Shown: positions 8,766-18,632 of the stretch, in pieces | How the letters are laid out: each line of letters begins with the position of its first letter | How positions within the stretch are numbered: the first letter of the stretch is position 1 | IMG/VR virus record: IMGVR_UViG_3300036770_006296 | Coordinates: 124,001 to 188,000 of that record | Strand: one strand, 5' to 3' | Length of the DNA stretch: 64,000 bases | Translations under genes and position numbers: made by a program | The notes under the pieces: generated by a model | Told to the model about the DNA's origin: nothing | Databases searched by the model: none | Seen by the model: the letters and a program-made list of their open reading frames with translations, nothing else

Positions 8766-9572
8766 TTGAAATATATTAAACTATTCGAGTCTTTCCTTAA
8801 CGACTCCTCTACTATTATATTATTCGGACCCCAAGGGGTTGGTAAAAGCACACTTGCAAAAGAACTAGGTAAACAACTAAACATGGAAGTAGTTGGATCC
8901 GATGATTTTATTGATCAGGGAAATTGGTCAAAAGAAGAGATATGGAGTAAAGGGTGGCAAGTTAGAAAACAAAACGAATATAAAGGTATGATTAAGTACC
9001 TTAATGATAATTTAGGTAAGCCTGTTATATTGGACGTTGGTGGTAGCCATGGAGTATGGGACGGTAGAATGTTAGAAGATATTATGAATATGCTAGAACC
9101 ATATCCTAATAGATTCTTAATAATACCTTCTAAGAATGAAATAGAAAACCAAGAGTTTTTAAGAGGTAGATTATTGAAAAGAGAATTGGATATGCACCCA
9201 TCCAATATTAAATATTGGGAAGCTGTTTTGAAGGGTGATACAAGCTTTGCAAAAGATTTTGACCAAGAAAAAAGGAATGAATTTTTAGAGAGAGTAGAAC
9301 TAGTAAGGAAAGAAGAAAAATATAGAACAATGGCTATGAATATGCTTAAATCTAGCCAGAACAGATATAACTCTCTAAAAAGCGGGGTTGAGTGGATGGT
9401 TTACGGTAATTCACCAGAACAAAAATTCGATTTTGAAATGAATAAGATTGAGGATTATTCTAAGTTCTTTATAGACACGATGAAAAATTCAGGAATAGCT
9501 AATCACATAATTTATAATAAGGATAAGCCCTCCAATTTGTTAGTTGATGAAATAAAAAAATTATTAAAATAG
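8766..9572 (+). CDS. P-loop kinase (shikimate/nucleotide kinase-like), CTS-like N-terminus
   Basis: IILFGPQGVGKST Walker A, VVGSDDF, ILDVGG; TTG start LKYIKLFESF (an ATG GCA TTT lies 8 nt upstream, out of frame). Confidence 0.8.
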   Translation: MKYIKLFESFLNDSSTIILFGPQGVGKSTLAKELGKQLNMEVVGSDDFIDQGNWSKEEIWSKGWQVRKQNEYKGMIKYLNDNLGKPVILDVGGSHGVWDGRMLEDIMNMLEPYPNRFLIIPSKNEIENQEFLRGRLLKRELDMHPSNIKYWEAVLKGDTSFAKDFDQEKRNEFLERVELVRKEEKYRTMAMNMLKSSQNRYNSLKSGVEWMVYGNSPEQKFDFEMNKIEDYSKFFIDTMKNSGIANHIIYNKDKPSNLLVDEIKKLLK

Positions 9573-9573
9573 A

Positions 9574-10299
9574 ATGAGACATTTAAAATTATTTGAATCG
9601 TTTATAGCTAAGAAAAATCCTAACTATAAAAAACCTGAGTATGAATTTAAAGAGTTCTATAGGGCTTTTAAATCTTATCCAGAGTTAAGAGAGCTTCTCC
9701 CCTCGGAGATAGACCAAGATATATTTGATATTAGAGAAGATGGATTTGGGGGAGAGCCAAAATGGTTAGAAAACCACGTGGATCCGCCTAGCAAACCGGG
9801 CGAAATAACAACTGATGAACTCTTAGATATAGCTGAGGAAAGAGATCCAAGATTTGTTCCTTTTATTCTTTGGTGTCGTGAATTATTTGAATGTGGGGAA
9901 ATGGAAAAGATTCCTCTTGATTATTTAAGGAGAGGATTAGCTACTACATTTAAAAATCATGATTGGGATATTTTAGAGAAAGATCCGGATTATTTAGGTA
10001 AATGTGAGAGCGAATACAATAAAGCAATCGAAGCAGGATTAGACGACTATACCCTTGGTAATACATTAGGGCTTGTAAAAAAATATCCAGACATTGCTAT
10101 AAACATGGCTCAATTCTGGGCGACTTACATAAAAGGATCCATAGCACACTTTAACCGTGTTGAAGAAAGTGGAGGACAATTACCATGTACACAGTTTATA
10201 TTGTATAGAGGTAATTACTACACAATAGGAGGTAGAAGAAGAATGTTCTGGCACTTCTATAATCACATAGATCCCACAGTTTGGATAATGGAACAATAA
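9574..10299 (+). CDS. Hypothetical protein, CTS-like N-terminus, weak ParB/Srx-like C-terminal motif
   Basis: MRHLKLFESF; YYTIGGRRRM. Confidence 0.7.
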   Translation: MRHLKLFESFIAKKNPNYKKPEYEFKEFYRAFKSYPELRELLPSEIDQDIFDIREDGFGGEPKWLENHVDPPSKPGEITTDELLDIAEERDPRFVPFILWCRELFECGEMEKIPLDYLRRGLATTFKNHDWDILEKDPDYLGKCESEYNKAIEAGLDDYTLGNTLGLVKKYPDIAINMAQFWATYIKGSIAHFNRVEESGGQLPCTQFILYRGNYYTIGGRRRMFWHFYNHIDPTVWIMEQ

Positions 10300-10303
10300 G
10301 TGT

Positions 10304-10771
10304 ATGTATTTATTAGAAGCTTCACATTTTGATACCACTTACGGAAGGGCTAGTTATGGCTATTATCTTATCGGATACAAGAGCGACGAGGAATGTAGAA
10401 AAAAAATAGAGGATATCCTTTTCGATCTAGAATTTGAAAGAGAACACGCTCGTATGATTATAGATGGGATACCTGATGTTTCTTTTGTTCAACATGGGGA
10501 GGATGATCATTATGAGGTTAACAAGATTGGAAGAATAAATTCTCCTTGTGAGTTCTATAAAACTATAGCAGATAGCTATTATAGATTTAAGAGTTATATG
10601 GACGATGACACTAACACTGAATATGATGAGTACTACTTTACATATTATGACGAGGATTATTTCGTAAGCGGTGACAGTATAAATAGCAACAACCGCCACT
10701 TCTTTTATAACATAGAATTAATGAGAAGATATAGAATATGTTTTAATCCATTAAAGAATCTTATAAAATAG
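10304..10771 (+). CDS. Acidic Tyr-rich hypothetical protein
   Basis: 155-aa ORF in co-oriented array. Confidence 0.7.
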   Translation: MYLLEASHFDTTYGRASYGYYLIGYKSDEECRKKIEDILFDLEFEREHARMIIDGIPDVSFVQHGEDDHYEVNKIGRINSPCEFYKTIADSYYRFKSYMDDDTNTEYDEYYFTYYDEDYFVSGDSINSNNRHFFYNIELMRRYRICFNPLKNLIK

Positions 10772-10797
10772 GATATATAATAGTAAATAATAAAAAA

Positions 10798-11538
10798 ATG
10801 AAAAAGCACCTTAAATCTTTTGACGATTTCTCTTTAAATGAGGGGATATTTGACATCTTTAGAAGTAAGAAAGAAATGCCTCCTAGCTTTGGTTATTCAC
10901 CGGATAAGAGTAAAGACTCTTATTTAAAATCCGCTACACATTCACAGATAAATATAACTTATGAAACCAGCTGGGATGCTTCTTTTGTTATTGATATTTC
11001 GGGAGATTTAATATCAAAAGGGAGAGATAGCTATGTTATAACACCTAGAAAAATTAAGGTTTTTCCTACATATAAAGGATCAACATACGGTGGTACAGTA
11101 AATAATATTCCTATCGATTTTTATGGACATTATTATAATAGGGGAACGGATCAATATGAGAAAAACCCAATTCCTTTACAACAAAGTCAGCGTTTGAGTG
11201 AAATTGATGATTTGGAGGATGATATTAACAGAGAAATGCAGTCTCATATAGGAAAAGATTTAACACTTAGTTTTTATGAATTGGATCTAGAAGCTTGGGC
11301 AGAAGAACATTCGGACCCTCTGTTTATAATGGGAAAGAAAACTCCTAGTTGGGTAAAAAATGGTGTTAAGCTTCCTTTGATTGAAGGAGGGGAACTTCCA
11401 GAAACAAATTTATTAGACGATAGAAATAGGTTAAAAGAGGCTATTTGGGTAAGCATCTCTGGGATGGGATATGCCTTTGCAAGACCAGGAAATGGTATAT
11501 TGAGAGAAATATCTGTTTATAGCACAGAAATGTGGTAA
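10798..11538 (+). CDS. Hypothetical protein, CTS-like N-terminus
   Basis: MKKHLKSFDDFSLNE; GGATATATA at 10781. Confidence 0.8.
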   Translation: MKKHLKSFDDFSLNEGIFDIFRSKKEMPPSFGYSPDKSKDSYLKSATHSQINITYETSWDASFVIDISGDLISKGRDSYVITPRKIKVFPTYKGSTYGGTVNNIPIDFYGHYYNRGTDQYEKNPIPLQQSQRLSEIDDLEDDINREMQSHIGKDLTLSFYELDLEAWAEEHSDPLFIMGKKTPSWVKNGVKLPLIEGGELPETNLLDDRNRLKEAIWVSISGMGYAFARPGNGILREISVYSTEMW

Positions 11539-11553
11539 AATAAAAGGCAAAAA

Positions 11554-11841
11554 ATGAAAACATTCAATGATTATAAATACGGGAGATTAGATGAATACCA
11601 AGCTCCTTTTTATTCCTCCGCCGAAAAGATCAAGGCAATAGTTTCTAGCGACACTGTTGCTAGTAAAATGGGAATGCAAAGTGTAGATTATATAAATCAA
11701 AAGTCTGAATTAGTTTACGCACTTAAAAGTAATGCTGTTCCTGGATATTATTTTAAGGTCACTTTAAACGAGACGCCAGGAAATCAGTACGGGGAAGGTA
11801 AAAAATATTCCGTACTATCGGTAGAAAAACTCGTACCTTAA
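11554..11841 (+). CDS. Small hypothetical protein, CTS-like N-terminus
   Basis: MKTFNDYKYGRLDE. Confidence 0.7.
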   Translation: MKTFNDYKYGRLDEYQAPFYSSAEKIKAIVSSDTVASKMGMQSVDYINQKSELVYALKSNAVPGYYFKVTLNETPGNQYGEGKKYSVLSVEKLVP

Positions 11842-11844
11842 CAG

Positions 11845-12489
11845 ATGAGATATATTAAATCAATAGATCAATTTATAAACGAGCAGCTATTTTCTGATGC
11901 TAATAGATTTGCTAAATTACTAGGTTTAGGAGGAGGTGAGGCAGGTGCTTCTGGCTCAGACTCTCCCAGCGGACCAGTTTCCACTTCCCGAAATGACGAG
12001 GCATCGTGCCCAAACTACGACTGCTGGACTCACTTTGGTAAGGATGCTTTTTGGAACGGAACAAGTCAAATAGGAGGTAGAACAGTACCAAAGATAACAA
12101 TCCAAAAATCTCCAACATCTTTTAATATTAATTATGATGGACCTGCTTCGGGATTTCTACTTAAACATGCCAAAGGGGGTAAAGGAGATACTATCCATCA
12201 GTTATTAAATGTTCTAACATTAGAGCTTAATGAGTACCTTAAAACTATAAGTGTCAAGCCTGACGTGAAAAATATTAAGATGGAAATGGTGGGAAGTAAA
12301 TTAAGTGTTTCTGTTCCTCTTGTTAAGGTTCCCGAAGGCGTCCACTATCTTATAGCAAGAAGAGGAGGATTAGGTCATGGAGGGGATTTTACTGGACTAA
12401 TGAAATATAAAAAAATGGAAGGATACGAGGAGGCTAAGCACAAATCGGGTAGTCTCACAGAAAAGTTTGTAACGGTAATAAGCAAATAG
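11845..12489 (+). CDS. NEQLF-module protein 1 (unknown C-terminal domain)
   Basis: MRYIKSIDQFINEQLFSDANRFAKLLG then Gly/Ser linker. Confidence 0.8.
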   Translation: MRYIKSIDQFINEQLFSDANRFAKLLGLGGGEAGASGSDSPSGPVSTSRNDEASCPNYDCWTHFGKDAFWNGTSQIGGRTVPKITIQKSPTSFNINYDGPASGFLLKHAKGGKGDTIHQLLNVLTLELNEYLKTISVKPDVKNIKMEMVGSKLSVSVPLVKVPEGVHYLIARRGGLGHGGDFTGLMKYKKMEGYEEAKHKSGSLTEKFVTVISK

Positions 12490-12494
12490 TTTAT
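12417..12494 (+). repeat. 78-bp direct repeat, copy 1
   Basis: 76/78 identical to 13497-13574; covers the 3' end of the 11845 gene. Confidence 0.95.
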
Positions 12495-12500
12495 ACTAGT

Positions 12501-13490
12501 ATGAAAGATCTTAAATATATTTTATTGTTTGAAAATTTTTCTAATGCTATTGATATTAATGAAAATGCTAAAGAAAATTTAAAAACATCCACTAAATTTT
12601 TAAGACTAAAGCCTAGATTTTTATCGAAGATCAAAAAGATCCTTGGTGTATCTAATGATAAAGAACTTGCTAAAGAAGACATCAAGCAATTTCAGAAAAA
12701 AAGAGGAATAAAAGAGGATGGTAATTTAGATCACAGAACTATTCTTTCCGGGTTAAAAGGTGAAGAACCAGATAACACTAATAATCTCTCCAAAGAAACC
12801 CCTACTATACCGGGTGAAAAATCTCCCATAAAAAATGCTAAAGCTAATGAGAATTTTATAAGTGAAGAGAACGAGACCGATTATTTAGCTAAATATACGT
12901 CGCAAAAAAAACAAGTAATAGGGTTCTTAAACTCGATATTTCCTTCAACGTTACCTTTTATAAATGATAAGGTTGATTCCGCTATCCCGCCTAAATTTGA
13001 AAAGTGCTATACAGTAAATTATCTAGTTTCCTCTAAGGAGGTTTGCTTTAGTGCGGGTCTTAGTGTTGAAATTAAATCAATAAAAATAAAAGACGCTACA
13101 TTCACTGCTCCCACAGAGTTTAAAGCAGATGGATATGTTAAAGGTAAACTAAAAGGGACTGTTGATCTTAAATTTTTTGCCCATATTATAGGGGAAAAGG
13201 GAATAGGCGATGATCTTTCGATAGATTTCGAGCAGAACGTTTGGTTTTATAAATTCTCTCAAATACAGATATATCCTCCATTATTAAACATATCAACAAA
13301 GATCTATGATCTTGGGGTTGTTTGGGCTTGGGTTTCTAATAATAATTTCAAAATAGAAAACTCATTAATTGGAACATATAAATGGGATCTTCCTATCCAA
13401 AAGAACGTAAACACATGTTTTGATCCTAAAGGAGGACCTTACATAAAAAATGTATCATCTTCGGATCTTAATAAATGGATATCCATATAA
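12501..13490 (+). CDS. Hypothetical protein, CTS-like N-terminus, PG-binding-like motif
   Basis: MKDLKYILLFENF; IKQFQKKRGIKEDGNLDHRT resembles PG_binding_1; flanked by the 78-bp repeats. Confidence 0.75.
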   Translation: MKDLKYILLFENFSNAIDINENAKENLKTSTKFLRLKPRFLSKIKKILGVSNDKELAKEDIKQFQKKRGIKEDGNLDHRTILSGLKGEEPDNTNNLSKETPTIPGEKSPIKNAKANENFISEENETDYLAKYTSQKKQVIGFLNSIFPSTLPFINDKVDSAIPPKFEKCYTVNYLVSSKEVCFSAGLSVEIKSIKIKDATFTAPTEFKADGYVKGKLKGTVDLKFFAHIIGEKGIGDDLSIDFEQNVWFYKFSQIQIYPPLLNISTKIYDLGVVWAWVSNNNFKIENSLIGTYKWDLPIQKNVNTCFDPKGGPYIKNVSSSDLNKWISI

Positions 13491-13496
13491 AGGCAG

Positions 13497-13574
13497 GGAA
13501 GGATACGAGGAGACCAAGCACAAATCGGGTAGTCTCACAGAAAAGTTTGTAACGGTAATAAGCAAATAGTTTAT
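13497..13574 (+). repeat. 78-bp direct repeat, copy 2 (orphan gene 3' end)
   Basis: Encodes EGYEETKHKSGSLTEKFVTVISK*; exactly 1080 nt from copy 1. Confidence 0.95.
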
Positions 13575-13605
13575 TTTCGGATATATAAAAAATATTAGAT
13601 AAAAA

Positions 13606-14313
13606 ATGAGACACCTTAGATCTTTTGAAGAAATAAACGAACATCTCGGAGGCAGAGATACAAGCAGCATCGATAGAATGAAAGCTAAATATCCTAAAGG
13701 CATAGAAATACCACGGAGTATCACAGCAAAAGGGACGGGAGCTTTTGAAATTGGCGTAGACTCATTAGATCCTAAATCTAAAAAATTCTTAGATATAGTC
13801 CAATTAATTAATGATCTACTTCAAAACTCTAAAGGAACTGTTAACGTTACTGTTAGTGCTGGAGCCTCTGCAGTAGGACAGGGAAGATATGATAATCAAG
13901 GTCTTGCTGAAAGAAGAAGAGATAACACTATAAAAGCTCTTAAAAACTATCCATTCATTGACCCAAGCAGAATTAAATTTACCGCAGGTAAGGCGATTGT
14001 TGGTAAATCTACGGTCAAAGACTCAAAAGAGGCAGAAGCTGAACAATTTGTTAGTGTTGACATTTCTGGAACTGGAAGCTTAAATGTTCCTGTGACTGGA
14101 GTAGAAGGAGATAACACTAACGTTTATCGTCCTGAGCTTTTTAAAAATTCTTTAGATAAGGATGATAACATACCTGTAGATATAAAAAGAATCTGTATCC
14201 AATTACCTAAGCCTTATGTTGAAAAATTTGTTAAAATGTTAGGGGAATTTAGAAAGGAGAATAATTTTAAGACAATACCTTACGGAATCTATGACATCCT
14301 TCCTAAAAAATAA
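13606..14313 (+). CDS. OmpA-like (peptidoglycan-binding) domain protein, CTS-like N-terminus
   Basis: MRHLRSFEEINE; VTVSAGAS...YDNQGLAERRRDNTIKAL resembles the OmpA-C N..L...RA motif. Confidence 0.65.
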   Translation: MRHLRSFEEINEHLGGRDTSSIDRMKAKYPKGIEIPRSITAKGTGAFEIGVDSLDPKSKKFLDIVQLINDLLQNSKGTVNVTVSAGASAVGQGRYDNQGLAERRRDNTIKALKNYPFIDPSRIKFTAGKAIVGKSTVKDSKEAEAEQFVSVDISGTGSLNVPVTGVEGDNTNVYRPELFKNSLDKDDNIPVDIKRICIQLPKPYVEKFVKMLGEFRKENNFKTIPYGIYDILPKK

Positions 14314-15232
14314 TGGTGATTTCCTCAAAAAAAATAAGGACAACTTAAAAATAGATGAGGGTACTTCATTTGAAGGTATAAGACTTGCTTATAAAAGAGC
14401 TAAGGAAATTGCTTATAACGTTTTCAATGCCTTTAAAACTGAGGGAAGAGAAACCACAGAGATGATGAGGGTTTTCAATTATCATCTAAGAAAAAAACTC
14501 AGACTAGATACCAGAGGGGATCAACCAACAGAGGATGAATTTAAAAATGCACTGGAACAATTAAAAGAAATTCCTAAGCTAGCCCCTTATGCTATTATTT
14601 TATTGACTTCTCCTATACCTTTTTCTTCTACTATGTACACAGGTTTAGGTGTATATCTAAGAAAAATTTCTGGAGGATATATTAATTTATTACCTGATTC
14701 ATTCAATGATATTTTCAAAAAGAATGAAATCGCTGGACTGGAAGAAAAACACAAGCATGGGAATATTCTTAAGTACTCTAAATTTTATGACGATTTTTTT
14801 GTTTATGAATCTATGATTAATGAAATAGGTGAAGCAAACATAGAACATCTTCCATGGAACGTTGTATATAGTAACAAAAAAGAAGCTCTCTATAGTTTCT
14901 ATTTTGGGCCAGAACTTTACGAAGTACATATAGAAAGAAAATCTTTAGAAAACATAACTATGTATTTCTCATGCGACGGTAATCGTGACGATATTACTAA
15001 TGCTGGGCATCCATTTACAATAATGGGAACTATTATCGGGATTCTAAAAGATTATCTTAGTAATAATCCAGAGGTTAAAACTTTTTCTTTTGTTCCTAGT
15101 ATATCTTATGAGGATGATAGAAGAAGACTTAATCTTTACAAAGCCTATATAGTAAAGAACTTTCCTGGCGCAAGGATAACGACCGAGAATTTGCCTAGGG
15201 GATATGTTGGGGTTGATGTTACAATAAAGTAA
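14291..15232 (+). CDS. Two-domain hypothetical protein with internal CTS-like peptide
   Basis: Internal NILKYSKFYDDF..MINE precedes a domain similar to 6494-7060 (DDRRRLNLYKAYI vs DDRRSRIYGHFI). Confidence 0.75.
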   Translation: MTSFLKNNGDFLKKNKDNLKIDEGTSFEGIRLAYKRAKEIAYNVFNAFKTEGRETTEMMRVFNYHLRKKLRLDTRGDQPTEDEFKNALEQLKEIPKLAPYAIILLTSPIPFSSTMYTGLGVYLRKISGGYINLLPDSFNDIFKKNEIAGLEEKHKHGNILKYSKFYDDFFVYESMINEIGEANIEHLPWNVVYSNKKEALYSFYFGPELYEVHIERKSLENITMYFSCDGNRDDITNAGHPFTIMGTIIGILKDYLSNNPEVKTFSFVPSISYEDDRRRLNLYKAYIVKNFPGARITTENLPRGYVGVDVTIK

Positions 15233-15663
15233 TGATAGCAAAGAGACCATTAAATATTGGGACTTTCGAGGTTTTACCTAAGGTAAAACAATATGAAAAT
15301 TATCTGGAATTTCTTAATGATTATTCTAGGGATACACCTAATAGCGAAGGAATAAGAATAGCTAAATATAAGGAGGCTAATTATCTTCTGACAGAATTTA
15401 AAAAATTAAAAGTATCCCAATACTTGACTGAATATTATTACACTTTCGTAACTGAAATAGTTGTAAGATATGATCCTTATGGTACTGGAGCTTACAGAGA
15501 AGCCATCATAGATGATCCGATTGAGATTGTTAAATTCCACGAGGGAGAGCCTGCCTTGGGATATGATAACGACGGAGACGAAAGTGAATTCACGAGGGGT
15601 TCTAGTAGAATAGATGACTGGACTAATGAAAGTTCTGTATTTTTTTTAGTTAGATCGTTATGA
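15232..15663 (+). CDS. Hypothetical protein
   Basis: 143-aa ORF coupled by TAATG overlap. Confidence 0.7.
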   Translation: MIAKRPLNIGTFEVLPKVKQYENYLEFLNDYSRDTPNSEGIRIAKYKEANYLLTEFKKLKVSQYLTEYYYTFVTEIVVRYDPYGTGAYREAIIDDPIEIVKFHEGEPALGYDNDGDESEFTRGSSRIDDWTNESSVFFLVRSL

Positions 15664-15690
15664 AAAAAGATCCTAGATAATTTAATTTTT

Positions 15691-16029
15691 ATGAAGGAGC
15701 TGATAATGTTTAAAACCGACAAAGAGGATTATCAGAAATTTATAATCAACTTTGGTATAATCCCTACACTTATACTACTTCAGAAATTTGAAACACTAGA
15801 ACTTTATGAGGAATGCGCAAAAATTTTAGGAGCTATAAATGCTATAAATAAAAAAGCATTAATCTACAAACAAACAAAGCTAACAGACGATCTGATAAGT
15901 GAGGTGGTGGACGATTACAGAAAAATGGGAATGGAAGATATGGATAAAGAAAAATTAATGGTCAGATCTGAACGTTACGCCTCTATGTTTATATCCAATA
16001 ATTCCTTTATGATTTTTAAATCTAAATAG
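15691..16029 (+). CDS. Hypothetical protein
   Basis: 112-aa ORF; FETLELYEECAKI UVR-like helix. Confidence 0.65.
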   Translation: MKELIMFKTDKEDYQKFIINFGIIPTLILLQKFETLELYEECAKILGAINAINKKALIYKQTKLTDDLISEVVDDYRKMGMEDMDKEKLMVRSERYASMFISNNSFMIFKSK

Positions 16030-16393
16030 ATCCTCTTTTTATAGACAGATACCCATCCTCGTGATATTCAGCACCTATACTTTTCCAAAAATCCATACTC
16101 TCCTGTGTGGGCATTGCTAGGAAGTAGTTCACGCTGGGAAATTTATCAAACAATCTTCTTATTGCTAGTCTACCTATCCCTTTCCCTCGAAATTCTTCGT
16201 ATACATGAATCCCTGCGATCTCGGCCTCATCATATCTAAGATTTTCCTTGTAAAACCCGACATCTAATATACCAGCTTTTCTGTTATTAAAATAAATTGC
16301 AAAGGATTTGTATTGTGGTGCTTCTTCCACTAAAACAAGATCGAGATGAGCTAAATCAAGATAGTGTTCTTCGAAAAGTTTAATGTGTATCAT
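16022..16393 (-). CDS. GNAT-family acetyltransferase, CTS-like N-terminus
   Basis: IHVYEEFRGKGIGR acetyl-CoA motif A; FWKSIG motif B; MIHIKLFEE. Confidence 0.85.
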   Translation of the reverse strand: MIHIKLFEEHYLDLAHLDLVLVEEAPQYKSFAIYFNNRKAGILDVGFYKENLRYDEAEIAGIHVYEEFRGKGIGRLAIRRLFDKFPSVNYFLAMPTQESMDFWKSIGAEYHEDGYLSIKRGSI

Positions 16394-16427
16394 TGAGATA
16401 TATATTTTTATCTAATAAATAATCGAC

Positions 16428-16637
16428 TTGAGTATGAGCAGCAATGAGGATTTTTTTTATGATGTGTACCACGATATAAGAGCGAAAGGGATCGTGGATG
16501 ATTTTTATACACAAATTGAAAAAATGAAATTTCAAGATCATCACAAATACAAAAGTGTAAAAGAAACATGGGAATACGCTTATAAAAAACTCACAAGCTC
16601 TAAATTTTCAGAATTCAAGTCTAAAAATCTTATTTAA
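16428..16637 (+). CDS. Small hypothetical protein
   Basis: 69-aa ORF. Confidence 0.55.
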   Translation: MSMSSNEDFFYDVYHDIRAKGIVDDFYTQIEKMKFQDHHKYKSVKETWEYAYKKLTSSKFSEFKSKNLI

Positions 16638-17138
16638 CCATTCAGGAACTTCTGGTATTTCTTCTAGAGAAGATATGGTAAATGGTGTGTTCTTGCCCCA
16701 CTGATACTCCCATTTTTTGAATTTAGAAGGCGTTGTAAAGGCTTTACCGGAGTTTAGAATATCAAACCTTATATCGCCATCTGAAAGTCCTTTAAAACTC
16801 TTTATACGAGATATCTCTTTCCTCCTAAAATACACGTGAATGCCCCTCATGCTTTTTTCCCAGAATAAAGAATCCAGATCTATTTTGTTTGATTCTAATC
16901 TTCTTTTGAATTCTTCTACCGAATTTTTTGTTCCCTCTATATCAAGGCAAGATATACCGGAGTCGCTTAGATCTATCCCAATAAAATTATAAGTGGACCA
17001 TAAGGGATTAATAGGATCTTCTATATCAACTTCGAGTAATCCTTTTGTGTGTTTGATGTTTCCTATTTTTCCTGTGCAATTTGTAAGGTATGTTTTAACC
17101 CCTAGTATCTGCCACCTTAACACAAAGTCTATAATCAT
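16608..17138 (-). CDS. Stand-alone bifunctional primase/polymerase (Prim-Pol) N-terminal domain
   Basis: ISCLDIEG, KSMRGIHVYF, DIRFDI..GKAFTTPS..YQW motifs. Confidence 0.7.
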   Translation of the reverse strand: MIIDFVLRWQILGVKTYLTNCTGKIGNIKHTKGLLEVDIEDPINPLWSTYNFIGIDLSDSGISCLDIEGTKNSVEEFKRRLESNKIDLDSLFWEKSMRGIHVYFRRKEISRIKSFKGLSDGDIRFDILNSGKAFTTPSKFKKWEYQWGKNTPFTISSLEEIPEVPEWLNKIFRLEF

Positions 17139-17164
17139 AGGATATATAATATTATATTTATAAA

Positions 17165-18061
17165 ATGGAAAAAAGAGTAAAGAGTTTCACACAATTTTTT
17201 GAAAGCACCTCCTCTGGAAATAATCAAAGCTATACATATTCTATATTTATAGAAGCAGCTGAGGAGTATGGATATCCAATTTTTGTTTTAAAGGAGAGTG
17301 GAGATCTTTTCGACGTCGATGGGAATCTTCTTGATGCTCCTGATGTGGATGATTTATTTGAAGAGTATATGGATGCTGAACATGGGCCTATGAATGGGAT
17401 TGATGGTTTTGGGGACCTTGTTGATGCAGTTGAATATTATTTAGAGGATAGATCTGAAGAAAATTTGGAAGGTATAGATTCTTGGCTAGACACTTTAGGT
17501 ATAGATGGGACGGATCCAGAGAAACTAGCGGATTCGTATGAGGGGGACAACTCATATTGGAACGAAACAGTATCTAAGTTCAACTCAAATATGAGAATTC
17601 AATTTGATGGTGATTATTTTGGAGAATTCGGAAAAAAAGCATGGAATTTTTTAGTTCTTTCTCCAGAAAGTCTAGATCCTGAACTTTATGGTCAGGATGC
17701 TATACATAACACTTCTCCTTGCTTCGATGATTTCTTCGATGAGTGTCCTTTTAATTTGTGTTATAATAATGATTCTGATATTTTGTATACATGGTCAGAT
17801 GCAGGAAATCATAAATATGAATTCTTAGAGACAGGGTTAATGAAGCAGGATCTACAATTACCAATTATTGATGTCCTATTAAAGATATTAAATAGTGATA
17901 GAACTGAGATAATTACTCAATTAATTAAAAATTTCCTTTCAAAACAAACGGCAAGCCAATTATATAAGGAGATAATACAAAGATTACAAGAAGAAGGAAA
18001 CTCTAAAATAATTAGCACAATAAAGGGAGCGAGAATGCTGGGAAGATTCGGTGTTATTTAA
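17165..18061 (+). CDS. Acidic hypothetical protein, CTS-like N-terminus and C-terminal KGARMLGRFG motif
   Basis: MEKRVKSFTQFFES; GGATATATA at 17140. Confidence 0.8.
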   Translation: MEKRVKSFTQFFESTSSGNNQSYTYSIFIEAAEEYGYPIFVLKESGDLFDVDGNLLDAPDVDDLFEEYMDAEHGPMNGIDGFGDLVDAVEYYLEDRSEENLEGIDSWLDTLGIDGTDPEKLADSYEGDNSYWNETVSKFNSNMRIQFDGDYFGEFGKKAWNFLVLSPESLDPELYGQDAIHNTSPCFDDFFDECPFNLCYNNDSDILYTWSDAGNHKYEFLETGLMKQDLQLPIIDVLLKILNSDRTEIITQLIKNFLSKQTASQLYKEIIQRLQEEGNSKIISTIKGARMLGRFGVI

Positions 18062-18077
18062 AAAATAAAATGAATTA

Positions 18078-18581
18078 ATGAAACATATTAAACTTTTTGA
18101 AAACTTTGATCCTATAAATGAATCCGACTTTGTTGTTGATAACTATAAAATGAGTGCAACAAAAGACGGTGAGATACAAGTAGTGGACACTGCTGCTAAT
18201 AAAACTTATGTTTACGTTGTTAGTGCAGGTGTAGTTGGGATAAAAGTTAAGGATTTCCCAGAGGGTAATTCTATTCTAGTTAGTGCTTTAGGTAAAAGCA
18301 TAACTAGTCCTCTTTCTAAAGAAGGGACAACAATTAAATCCATCAAGGAAAATTTAGGGAAGTCTAAAATAAAGTTCGATCTTCCTGGTGCATCACTCAC
18401 GCTGACATGTAAAACCGGATGTGAAAAATCTGCAGATAATGTTGCTAACATAAAAGTTACTGCGGAAGAAATGGATATAGATTTGAGTGATGTACTCGAT
18501 TCAGCAAAAGAAGCAGGGCACAATGTCATGAAAGCGGTAGAGGGAGGAGCAGATAAATTAAAATCGCTCCTTAAATGGTAA
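18078..18581 (+). CDS. Hypothetical protein, CTS-like N-terminus
   Basis: MKHIKLFENFDPINE. Confidence 0.8.
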   Translation: MKHIKLFENFDPINESDFVVDNYKMSATKDGEIQVVDTAANKTYVYVVSAGVVGIKVKDFPEGNSILVSALGKSITSPLSKEGTTIKSIKENLGKSKIKFDLPGASLTLTCKTGCEKSADNVANIKVTAEEMDIDLSDVLDSAKEAGHNVMKAVEGGADKLKSLLKW

Positions 18582-18632
18582 AATTGTTTTTTTCACTTTA
18601 GTTTAATTTCTACATTTGTAAAAATAAATTAA

